Source: Leptogorgia sarmentosa
Taxonomy: Eukaryota
Assembly: GCA_964658305.1 (NCBI GenBank)
Contig: OZ210885.1
Location: forward strand, 16,864,001-16,928,000
DNA: 64,000 bases
Reading direction: 5' to 3'
How positions within the stretch are numbered: position 1 is the stretch's first letter; every line of letters begins with the position of its first letter. Both the position numbers and the translations under genes were made by a program. The notes under the pieces were generated by a model. The model saw only the letters and a list, made by a program, of their open reading frames with translations. It did not search any database and was not told where the DNA came from. This document shows, in pieces, positions 1 through 10,200 of the stretch.

Positions 1-35
1 TTTGCTTTCAATTTCAACTTCAGGGTTTTGTTATT

Positions 36-58
36 GTTACACGTTTAAAAAGTGTAAC
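36..58 (+). promoter_or_regulatory. Upstream TATA-like element (TTTAAAAA starting at -29) flanked by a 7-bp inverted repeat GTTACAC/GTGTAAC
   Basis: GTTACAC-GTTTAAAAA-GTGTAAC precedes nearly every 5S copy. A TATA-like box near -25 to -30 is common upstream of invertebrate 5S genes. Confidence 0.6.
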
Positions 59-72
59 TTCCATCAACAAAT

Positions 73-192
73 GTCTACGACCATACCAGTAGGAAAATAC
101 CGGTTCTCGTCTGATCACCGAAGTTAAGCCTAGGTGGGCAAAGTTAGTACTTGGATGGGTGACCACCTGGGAATACTTTGTGTTGTAGACTT
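73..192 (+). rRNA. 5S rRNA: 5S rRNA (first complete copy; representative of the array consensus)
   Basis: 120 nt with metazoan 5S hallmarks CCATACC, TCTCGTCTGATC, GAAGTTAAGC, TTAGTACTTGGATGGGTGACC and CCTGGGAATAC. Helix I pairs GTCTACGAC/GTTGTAGAC and helix V pairs CAAAGT/ACTTTG. Confidence 0.98.
122..169 (+). promoter_or_regulatory. Pol III type-1 internal control region: Box A (+50..64), intermediate element (+67..72), Box C (+80..97); repeated in every copy
   Basis: AGTTAAGCCTAGGTG, CAAAGT and TGGATGGGTGACCACCTG lie at the canonical TFIIIA-binding positions defined for Xenopus 5S genes. Confidence 0.85.
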
Positions 193-198
193 GCTTCA

Positions 199-202
199 TT
201 TT
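199..202 (+). terminator. Pol III T4 terminator (representative), beginning at +127
   Basis: In ...GTAGACTT-GCTTCA-TTTT-ATTG this is the first run of four T after the gene. It is conserved in almost all units. Confidence 0.75.
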
Positions 203-266
203 ATTGTATGTGTGTTTGTAAATAGGTTTGCTTTCAATGTAAACTTCAGGGATTTTGTTATTGCTA

Positions 267-295
267 CATCTGGAAATACTTTGTATTGTTGTTTT
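267..295 (+). pseudogene. Degenerate 5S 3' remnant (positions 92-120) in the spacer of every 329-bp unit (representative copy)
   Basis: CATCTGGAAATACTTTGTATTGTTGTTTT aligns without gaps to 5S +92..120 CACCTGGGAATACTTTGTGTTGTAGACTT (23/29 identical), exactly 103 bp downstream. Similarity continues into the spacer. Confidence 0.85.
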
Positions 296-1112
296 CCTAA
301 ATGTTATTTAATGCCTATTTGTAAATATAATTCCTTTCAACTTCAACTTCAGGGTTTTGTTATTGTTACACGTTTAAAAAGTGTAACTTCCATCAACAAG
401 TGTCTACGACCATACCAGTAGGAAAATACCGGTTCTCGTCTGATCACCGAAGTTAAGCCTAGGTGGGCAAAGTTAGTAGTTGGATGGGTGACCACCTGGG
501 AATACTTTGTGTTGTAGACTTGCTTCATTTTGTTGTATGTGTGTTTGTAAGTAGGTTTGCTTTCAATTTCAACTTCAGTGTTTTGTTATTGTTACACATT
601 TAAAAAGTGTAACTTCCATCAACAAATGTCTACGACCATACCAGTAGGAAAATACCGGTTCTCGTCTGATCACTGAAGTTAAGCCTAGGTGGGCAAAGTT
701 AGTACTTGGATGGGTGACTACCTGGGAATACTTTGTGTTGTAGACTTGCTTCATTTTATTGTATGTGTGTTTGTAAATAGGTTTGCTTTCAATTTCAACT
801 TCAGGGTTTTGTTATTGTTACACGTTTAAAAAGTGTAACTTCCATCAACAAATGTCTACGACCGTACGAGTAGGAAAATACCGGTTCTCGTCTGATCACC
901 GAAGTTAAGCCTAGGTGGGCAAAGTTAGTAGTTGGATGGGTGACCACCTGGGAATACTTTGCGTTGTAGACTTGCTTCATTTTGTTGTATGTGTGTTTGT
1001 AAGTAGGTTTGCTTTCAATTTCAACTTCAGGGTTTTGTTATTGTTACACGTTTAAAAAGTGTAACTTCCATCAACAAATGTCTACGACCATACCAGTAGG
1101 AAAATACCGGTT

Positions 1113-1212
1113 NNNNNNNNNNNNNNNNNNNNNNNNNNNNNNNNNNNNNNNNNNNNNNNNNNNNNNNNNNNNNNNNNNNNNNNNNNNNNNNNNNNNNNNN
1201 NNNNNNNNNNNN
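1113..1212. other. Assembly gap (100 N, probably a placeholder length) inside a 5S copy
   Basis: Exactly 100 N with 5S sequence on both sides. Confidence 0.99.
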
Positions 1213-1751
1213 GTAGGAAAATACCGGTTCTCGTTTGATCACCGAAGTTAAGCCTAGGTGGGCAAAGTTAGTACTTGGATGGGTGACCACCTGGGAATAC
1301 TTTGTGTTGTAGACTTGCTTCATTTTATTGTATGTGTGTTTGTAAATAGGTTTGCTTTCAATGTAAACTTCAGGGATTTTGTTATTGCTACATCTGGAAA
1401 TACTTTGTATTGTTGTTTTGCTAAATGTTATTTAATGCCTATTTGTAAATATAATTCCTTTCAATTTCAACTTCAGGGTTTTGTTATTGTTACACGTTTA
1501 AAAAGTGTAACTTCCATCAACAAATGTCTACGACCGTACGTGTAGGAATATACCGGTTCTCGTGTGATCACCGAAGTTAAGCCTAGGTGGGCAAAGTTAG
1601 TACTTGGATGGGTGACCACCTGGGAATGCTTTGTGTTGTAGACTTGCTTCATTTTATTGTATGTGTGTTTGCAAATAGGTTTGCTTTCAATTTCAACTTC
1701 AGGGTTTTGTTATTGTTACACGTTTAAAAAGTGTTACTTCCATCAACAAAT

Positions 1752-1870
1752 GCCAAGACGATACCAGTAGGAAAATACCGGTTCTCGTCTGATCACCGAA
1801 GTTAAGCCTAGGTGGGCAAAGTTAGTACTTGGATGGGTGACTACCTGGGAATACTTTGTGTTGTAGACTT
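1752..1870 (+). pseudogene. Damaged 5S copy (altered 5' end, proximal terminator deleted)
   Basis: It starts GCCAAGACGATACC instead of GTCTACGACCATACC, which disrupts helix I. The downstream GCTTTATTG lacks the T4 run because of a 5-bp deletion. Confidence 0.75.
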
Positions 1871-3520
1871 GCTTTATTGTATGTGTGTTTGTAAATATAA
1901 TTCCTTTCAATTTCAACTTCATGGTTTTGTTATTGTTACACGTTTAAAAAGTGTAACTTCCATCAACAAATGTCTACGACCATACCAGTAGGAAAATACC
2001 GGTTCTCGTCTGATCACTGAAGTTAAGCCTAGGTGGGAAAAGTTAGTACTTGGATGGGTGACCACCTGGGAATACTTTGTGTGGTAGACTTGCTTCATTT
2101 TATTGTATGTGTGTTTGTAAATAGGTTTGCTTTCAATTTCAACTTCAGGGTTTTATTATTGTTACACGTTTAAAAAGTGTAACTTCCATCAACAAATGTC
2201 TACGACCATACCAGTAGGAAAATACCGCTTCTCGTCTGATCACCGAAGTTAAGCCTAGGTGGGCAAAGTTAGTACTTGGATGGGTGACCACCTGGGAATA
2301 CTTTGTGTTGTAGACTTGCTTCATTTTGTTGTATGTGTGTTTGTAAGTAGGTTTGCTTTCAATTTCAACTTCAGGGTTTTGTTATTGTTACACGTTTAAA
2401 AAGTGTAACTTCCATCAACAAATGTCTACGACCATACCAGTAGGAAAATACCGGTTCTTGTCTGATCACCGAAGTTAAGCCTAGGTGGGCAAAGTTAGTA
2501 CTTGGATGGGTGACTACCTGGGAATACTTTGTGTTGTAGACTTGCTTCATTTTATTGTATGTGTGTTTGTAAATAGGTTTGCTTTCAATTTCAACTTCAG
2601 GGTTTTGTTATTGTTACACGTTTAAAAAGTGTAACTTCCATCAACAAATGTCTACGACCATACCAGTAGGAAAATACCGCTTCTCGTCTGATCACCGAAG
2701 TTAAGCCTAGGTGGGCAAAGTTAGTACTTGGATGGGTGACCACCTGGGAATACTTTGTGTTGTAGACTTGCTTCATTTTGTTGTATGTGTGTTTGTAAGT
2801 AGGTTTGCTTTCAATTTCAACTTCAGGGTTTTGTTATTGTTACACGTTTAAAAAGTGTAACTTCCATCAACAAATGTCTACGACCATACCAGTAGGAAAA
2901 TACCGGTTCTCGTCTGATCACCGAAGTTAAGCCTAGGTGGGCAAAGTTAGTACTTGGATGGGTGACTACCTGGGAATACTTTGTGTTGTAGACTTGCTTC
3001 ATTTTACTGTATGTGTGTTTGTAAATAGGTTTGTTTTCAATTTCAACTTCAGGGTTTTGTTATTGTTACACGTTTAAAAAGTGTAACTTCCATCAAGAAA
3101 TGTCTACGACCATACAAGTGGGAAAATACCGGTTCTCGTCTGATCACCGAAGTTAAGCCTAGGCGGGAAAAGTTAGTACTTGGATGGGTGACTACCTGGG
3201 AATACTTTGTGTTGTAGACTTGCTTCATTTTATTGTATGTGTGTTTGTAAATAGGTTTGCTTTCAATTTCAACTTCAGGGTTTTGTTATTGTTACACGTT
3301 TAAAAAGTGTAACTTCCATCAACAAATGTCTACGACCATACCAGTAGGAAAATACCGGTTCTTGTCTGATCACCGAAGTTAGGCCTAGGTGGGCAAAGTT
3401 AGTACTTGGATGGGTGACCACCTGGGAATACTTTGTGTTGTAGACTTGCTTCATTTTATTGTATGTGTGTTTGTAAATAGGTTTGCTTTCAATGTAAACT
3501 TCAGGGATTTTGTTATTGCT

Positions 3521-4813
3521 AACAGGTGGGAAAATTGACTGCGCATGCGCGGGAAATCCCCACGAGACGTGCGTGTATTTTGCGGGAAGAAGAAATGTAC
3601 ATTTCACGAACAATCAAAACAAATCTTGTGTCGATTCTGAATGGCATACTTCTACCCACTGTTTACAGTCACAAGTTAATCTGCAATAATTAGAATTTTC
3701 TGTGAAATGTTCGTATCGTAACGAGGATGACAATATTTATGTCGTAAAGGTTTAAATATCAGCGACAGAGCACAAATCACGGCGGAGCAAAATAACTTGT
3801 GATGAGGCGTGAGATTTCATTTCTACCGAAGGCTAGAATATAAACCCCGGACCTGTTCAAGGCCCTATTTTGACGCTTACAAGTAAAGTATCACAAGAAA
3901 ATACATGAAGTGGAGAGTATTTTTGGAAAGTTTCATCGTGAGGCCACCGCCAGTTTTTGAAATATCTTCATTTCATTGCCGGTTATCATTATAATTACAC
4001 TGAAACCTGACTTGAATAAACACAAAATTTTGAGTCTTATCAAATACAAAAATATTTCATTTCTAACCAAATTATGCTCACGAAATCTAAATTAAAAGCT
4101 ATATTTTTAAACTAGACCTTTCTCGAAGCAGATTTGATGATGTAAATTCACTTTTGGGTCTTTCATTCTTGGCCAGAATTTGACCACAACACGTGTGAAG
4201 CAAGTGGGTCTCAAACACTTAACTAAAACATCATGAGGCCCTATTTTCCTGTTGATAAGTTTGGTACCACTAAACGCCAAAGAAGTGTTTCTTTTCATTT
4301 AGCTATATTTGAAATTGAGGCCACCGGCGATTTTTACAAAAATACAGTTCAAAGTGAAGCTATTTTCACAACTTTTCAAAATTCGTCAAATTTCGCGAGC
4401 TAGTACTTCGAGTATAAATCGCACAAGTTACACTAACAAACAAATTATGGGAAATTTGAGAAATAAAAAGAATAATTTCAACTTTCATTTCATTCTCATA
4501 GCACGTTTTCCTCGTTGATTACGGTTTAAACAAGCCACATCTCGACATTTACGGTATTTGCCACTCATTTTACTCCTATTTTAACGTCGCCATATTTACT
4601 TCTTCCACGCACTCGATTGCAAAAAAAACCACCGCAAAACAAGGAATTCATGATCGATTTTAAAATATTAACCACTAAGTTGGACATCATTTGAATAAAA
4701 AGCAAAAATTCGTCAGCTAAAACAGTCGTTTGCTAACTTTCTGCCATGTTTTGGAATGTAAACACAATGTGCCCGCGATTTTTTGGTCAGCGCCGACAAA
4801 TTTCCCACCTGTT
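3521..4813. mobile_element. Non-autonomous TIR DNA transposon (MULE/Mutator-like by TSD length) inserted in the spacer of a long unit
   Basis: Left end AACAGGTGGGAAAATTGACTGCGC versus reverse complement of the right end AACAGGTGGGAAATTTGTCGGCGC (21/24 identical). The flanking direct repeat GTTATTGCT (3512-3520, 4814-4822) is single-copy in empty units. No transposase ORF. Confidence 0.88.
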
Positions 4814-7094
4814 GTTATTGCTACATCTGGAAATACTTTGTATTGTTGTTTTCCTGAATGTTATTTAATGCCTATTTGTAAATATAATTCCTTTCAATTT
4901 CAACTTCAGGGTTTTGTTATTGTTACACATTTAAAAAGTGTAACTTGCATCAACAGATGTCTACGACCGTACGAGTAGGAAAATACCGGTTCTCGTCTGA
5001 TCACCAAAGTTAAGCCTAGGTGGGCAAAGTTAGTAGTTGGATGGGTGACCACCTGGGAATACTTTGTGTTGTAGACTTGCTTCATTTTATTGTATGTGTG
5101 TTTGTAAATAGGTTTGCTTTCAATGTCAACTTCAGGGTTTTGTTATTGTTACACGTTTAAAAAGTGTAACTTCCATCAACAGATGTCTCTGACCATACGA
5201 GTAGGAAAATACCGGTTCTCGTCTGATCACCAAAGTTAAGCCTAGGTGGGCAAAGTTAGTAGTTGGATGGGTGACCACCTGGGAATACTTTGTGTTGTAG
5301 ACTTGCTTCATTTTATTGTATGTGTGTTTGTAAATAGGTTTGCTTTCAATTTCAACTTCAGGGTTTTGTTATTGTTACACGTTTAAAAAGTGTAACTTCC
5401 ATCAACAGATGTCTCCGACCATACGAGTAGGAAAATACCGGTTCTCGTCTGTTCACCAAAGTTAAGCCTAGGTGGGCAAAGTTAGTAGTTGGATGGGTGA
5501 CCACCTGGGAATACTTTGTGTTGTAGACTTGCTTCATTTTATTGTATGTGTGTTTGTAAATAGGTTTGCTTTCAATTTCAACTTCAGGGTTTTGTTATTG
5601 TTACACGTTTAAAAAGTGTAACTTCCATCAACAAATGTCTCCGACCATACCAGTAGGAAAATACCGGTTCTCGTCTGATCACCGAAGTTAAGCCTAGGTG
5701 GGCAAAGTTAGTACTTGGATGGGTGACCACCTGGGAATACTTTGTGTTGTAGACTTGCTTCATTTTATTGTATGTGTGTTTGTAAATAGGTTTGCTTTCA
5801 ATGTAAACTTCAGGGATTTTGTTATTACTACATCTGGAAATACTTTGTATTGTTGTTTTCCTGAATGTTATTTAATGCCTATTTGTAAATATAATTCCTT
5901 TCAATTTCAACTTCAGGGTTTTGTTATTGTTACACGTTTAAAAAGTGTAACTTCCATCAACAAATGTCTACGACCATACCAGTAGGAAAATACCGGTTCT
6001 TGTCTGATCACCGAAGTTAGGCCTAGGTGGGAAAAGTTAGTACTTGGATGGGTGACCATCTGGGAATACTTTGTGTTGTAGACTTGCTTCATTTTATTGT
6101 ATGTGTGTTTGTAAATAGGTTTGCTTTCAATTTCAACTCCAGGGTTTTGTTATTGTTACACGTTTAAAAAGTGTAACTTCCATCAACAAATGTCTACGAC
6201 CATACCAGTAGGAAAATACCGGTTCTCGTCTGATCACCGAAGTTAAGCCTAGGTGGCAAAGTTTGTACTTGGATGGGTGACTACCTGGGAATACTTTGTG
6301 TTGTAGACTTGCTTCATTTTATTGTATGTGTGTTTGTAAATAGGTTTGCTTTCAATTTCAACTTCAGGGTTTTGTTATTGTTACACGTTTAAAAAGTGTA
6401 ACTTCCATCAACAAATGTCTACGACCATACCAGTAGGAAAATACCGGTTCTCGTCTGATCACCGAAGTTAAGCCTAGGTGGGCAAAGTTAGTACTTGGAT
6501 GGGTGACTACCTGGGAATACTTTGTGTTGTAGACTTGCTTCATTTTATTGTATGTGTGTTTGTAAATAGGTTTGCTTGCAATTTCAACTTCAGGGTTTTG
6601 TTATTGTTACACGTTTAAAAAGTGTAACTTCCATCAACAAATGTCTACGACCATACCAGTAGGAAAATACCGGTTCTCGTCTGATCACCGAAGTTAGGCC
6701 TAGGTGGGAAAAGTTAGTACTTGGATGGGTGACCACCTGGGAATACTTTGTGTTGTAGACTTGCTTCATTTTATTGTATGTGTGTTTGTAAATAGGTTTG
6801 CTTTCAATTTCAACTTCAGGGTTTTGTTATTGTTACACGTTTAAAAAGTGTAACTTCCATCAACAAATGTCTACGACCATACCAGTAGGAAAATACCTGT
6901 TCTCGTCTGATCACCGAAGTTAAGCCTAGGTGGGCAAAGTTAGTACTTGGATGGGTGACTACCTGGGAATACTTTGTGTTGTAGACTTGCTTCATTTTAT
7001 TGTATGTGTGTTTGTAAATAGGTTTGCTTTCAATTTCAAATTCAGGGTTTTGTTATTGTTACACGTTTGAAAAGTGTAACCTCCATCAATAAAT

Positions 7095-7258
7095 GTCTAC
7101 AACCATACCAGTAGGAAAATACCAGTTCTCGTCTGATCACCGAAGTTAGGCCTAGGTGGGAAATACCAGTTCTCATCTGATCACCGAAGTTAAGCCTGGG
7201 TGGGCAAAGTTAGTACTGGGATGGGTGACTACCTGGGAATACTTTGTGTTGTAGATAT
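7095..7258 (+). pseudogene. 5S copy with internal 44-nt duplication (+23..66)
   Basis: After ...CCTAGGTGGG (7160) the sequence restarts at AAATACCAGTTCTC..., with additional substitutions. Confidence 0.85.
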
Positions 7259-10200
7259 GCTTCATTTTATTGTATGTGTGTTTGTAAATAGGTTTGCTTT
7301 CAATTTCAACTTCAGGGTTTTGTTATTGTTACACGTTTAAAAAGTGTAACTTCCATCAACAAATGTCTACGACCATACCAGTAGGAAAATACCGGTTCTC
7401 GTCTGATCACCGAAGTTAAGCCTAAGTGGGCAAAGTTAGTACTTGGATGGGTGACCACCTGGGAATACTTTGTGTTGTAGACTTGCTTCATTTTATTGTA
7501 TGTGTGTTTGCAAATAGGTTTGCTTTCAATGTAAACTTCAGGGATTTTGTTATTGCTACATCTGGAAATATTTGTATTGTTGTTTTGCTAAATGTTATTT
7601 AATGCCTATTTGTAAATATAATTCCTTTCAATTTCAACTTCAGGGTTTTGTTATTGTTACACGTTTAAAAAGTGTAACTTCCATCAACAAATGTCTACGA
7701 CCATACCAGTAGGAAAATACCGGTTCTCGTCTGATCACCGAAGTTAAGCCTAGGTGGGCAAAGTTAGTAGTTGGATGGGTGACCACCTGGGAATACTTTG
7801 TGTTGTAGACTTGCTTCATTTTATTGTATGTGTGTTTGTAAATAGGTTTGCTTTCAATTTCAATTTCAGGGTTTTGTTATTGTTACACGTTTAAAAAGTG
7901 TTACTTCCATCAACATATGTCTACGATGATACTAGTAGGAAAATACCGGTTCTCGTCTGATCACCGAAGTTAAGCCTAGGTGGGCAAGTTAGTACTTGGA
8001 TGGGTGACTACCTGGGAATACTTTGTGTTGTAGACTTGCTTCATTTTATTGTATGTGTGTTTGTAAATATAATTCCTTTCAATTTCAACTTCAGGGTTTT
8101 GTTATTGTTACACGTTTAAAAAGTGTAACTTCCATCAACAAATGTCTACGACCATACCACTAGGAAAATACCGGTTCTCGTCTGATCACCAAAGTTAAGC
8201 CTAGGTGGCAAAAGTTAGTACTTGGATGGGTGACCACCTGGGAATACTTTGTGTTGTAGATTTGCTTCATTTTATTGTATGTGTGTTTTTAAATAGCTTT
8301 GCTTTCAATTTCAACTTCAGGGTTTTGTTATTGTTACACGTTTAAAAAGTGTAACTTCCATCAACAAATGTCTACGACCATACCAGTAGGAAAATACCGG
8401 TTCTCGTCTGATCACCGAAGTTAAGCCTAGGTGGGCAAAGTTAGTACTTGGATGGATGACCACCTGGGAATACTTTGTGTTGTAGACTTGCTTCATTTTA
8501 TTGTATGTGTGTTTGTAAATAGGTTTGCTTTCAATGTAAACTTCAGGGATTTTGTTATTGCTACATCTGGAAATACTTTGTATTGTTGTTTTGCTAAATG
8601 TTATTTAATGCCTATTTGTAAATATAATTCCTTCCAATTTCAACTTCAGGGTTTTGTTATTGTTACACGTTTAAAAAGTGTAACTTCCATCAACAAATGT
8701 CTGCGACCGTACGAGTAGGAAAATACAGGTTCTCGTCTGATCATCGAAGTTAAGCCTAGGTGGGCAAAGTTAGTACTTGGATGGGTGACCACCTGGGAAT
8801 ACTTTGTGTTGTAGACTTGCTTCATTTTATTGTATGTGTGTTTGTAAATAGGTTTGCTTTCAATTTCAACTTCAGGGTTTTGTTATTGTTACACGTTTAA
8901 AAAGTGTTACTTCCATCAACAAATGTCTACGACGATACCAGTAGGAAAATACCGGTTCTCGTCTGATCACCGAAGTTAAGCCTAGGTGGGCAAAGTTAGT
9001 ACTTGGATGGATGACTACCTGGGAATACTTTGTGTTGTAGACTTGCTTCATTTTATTGTATGTGTGTTTGTAAATAGGTTTGCTTTCAATTTCAACTTCA
9101 GGGTTTTGTTATTGTTACACGTTTAAAAAGTGTAACTCCCATCAACAAATGTCTACAACCATACCAGTAGGAAAATACCGGTTCTCGTCTGATCACCAAA
9201 GTTAGGCCTAGGTGGGAAAAGTTAGTACTTGGATGGGTGACCACCTGGGAATACTTTGTGTTGTAGACTTGCTTCATTTTATTGAATGTGTGTTTGTAAA
9301 TAGGTTTGCTTTCAATTTCAACTTCAGGGTTTTGTTATTGTTACACGTTTAAAAAGTGTTACTTCCATCAACAAATGTCTACGACGATACCAGTAAGAAA
9401 ATACCGGTTCTCGTCTGATCACCGAAGTTAAGCCTAGGTGGGCAAAGTTAGTACTTGGATGGGTGACTACCTGGGAATACTTTGTGTTGTAGACTTGCTT
9501 CATTTTATTGTATGTGTGTTTGTAAATAGGTTTGCTTTCAATGTAAACTTCAGGGATTTTGTTATTGCTACATCTGGAAGTACTTTGTATTGTTGTTTTG
9601 CTAAATGTTATTTAATGCCTATTTGTAAATATAATTCCTTTCAATTTCAACTTCAGGGTTTTGTTATTGTTACACGTTTAAAAAGTGTAACTTCCATCAA
9701 CAAATGTCTACGTCCATACCAGTAGGAAAATACCAGTTCTCGTCTGATCACCGAAGTTAGGTCTAGGTGGGAAAAGTTAGTACTTGGATGGGTGACCACC
9801 TGGGAATACTTTGTGTTGTAGACTTGCTTCATTTTATTGTATGTGTGTTTGTAAATAGATTTGCTTTCAATTTCAACTTCAGGGTTTTGTTATTGTTATA
9901 CGTTTAAAAAGTGTTAGTTCCATCAACAAATGTCTACGACGATACCAGTAGGAAAATACCGGTTCTCGTCTGATCACCGAAGTTAAGCCTAGGTGGGCAA
10001 AGTTAGTACTTCGATGGGTGACTACCTGGGAATACTTTGTGTTGTAGACTTGCTTTATTTTATTGTATGTGTGTTTGTAAATATAATTCCTTTCAATTTC
10101 AACTTCAGGGTTTTGTTATTGTTACACGTTTAAAAAGTGTAACTTCCATCAACAAATGTCTACGACCATACCACTAGGAAAATACCAGTTTTCGTCTGAT

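Noticed and set aside
193..401. Linked SL RNA, snRNA or tRNA gene in the spacer, as in some invertebrate 5S repeats
   Set aside because: No recognisable tRNA, U-snRNA or SL sequence is present. The extra 103 bp is explained by the 5S-derived duplication. An Rfam scan would confirm this.
4107..4518. Short ORFs in the TIR element as transposase remnants
   Set aside because: They are 63-69 aa with no DDE or other motif I can recognise. A TBLASTN or HMM search would be needed to exclude decayed remnants.
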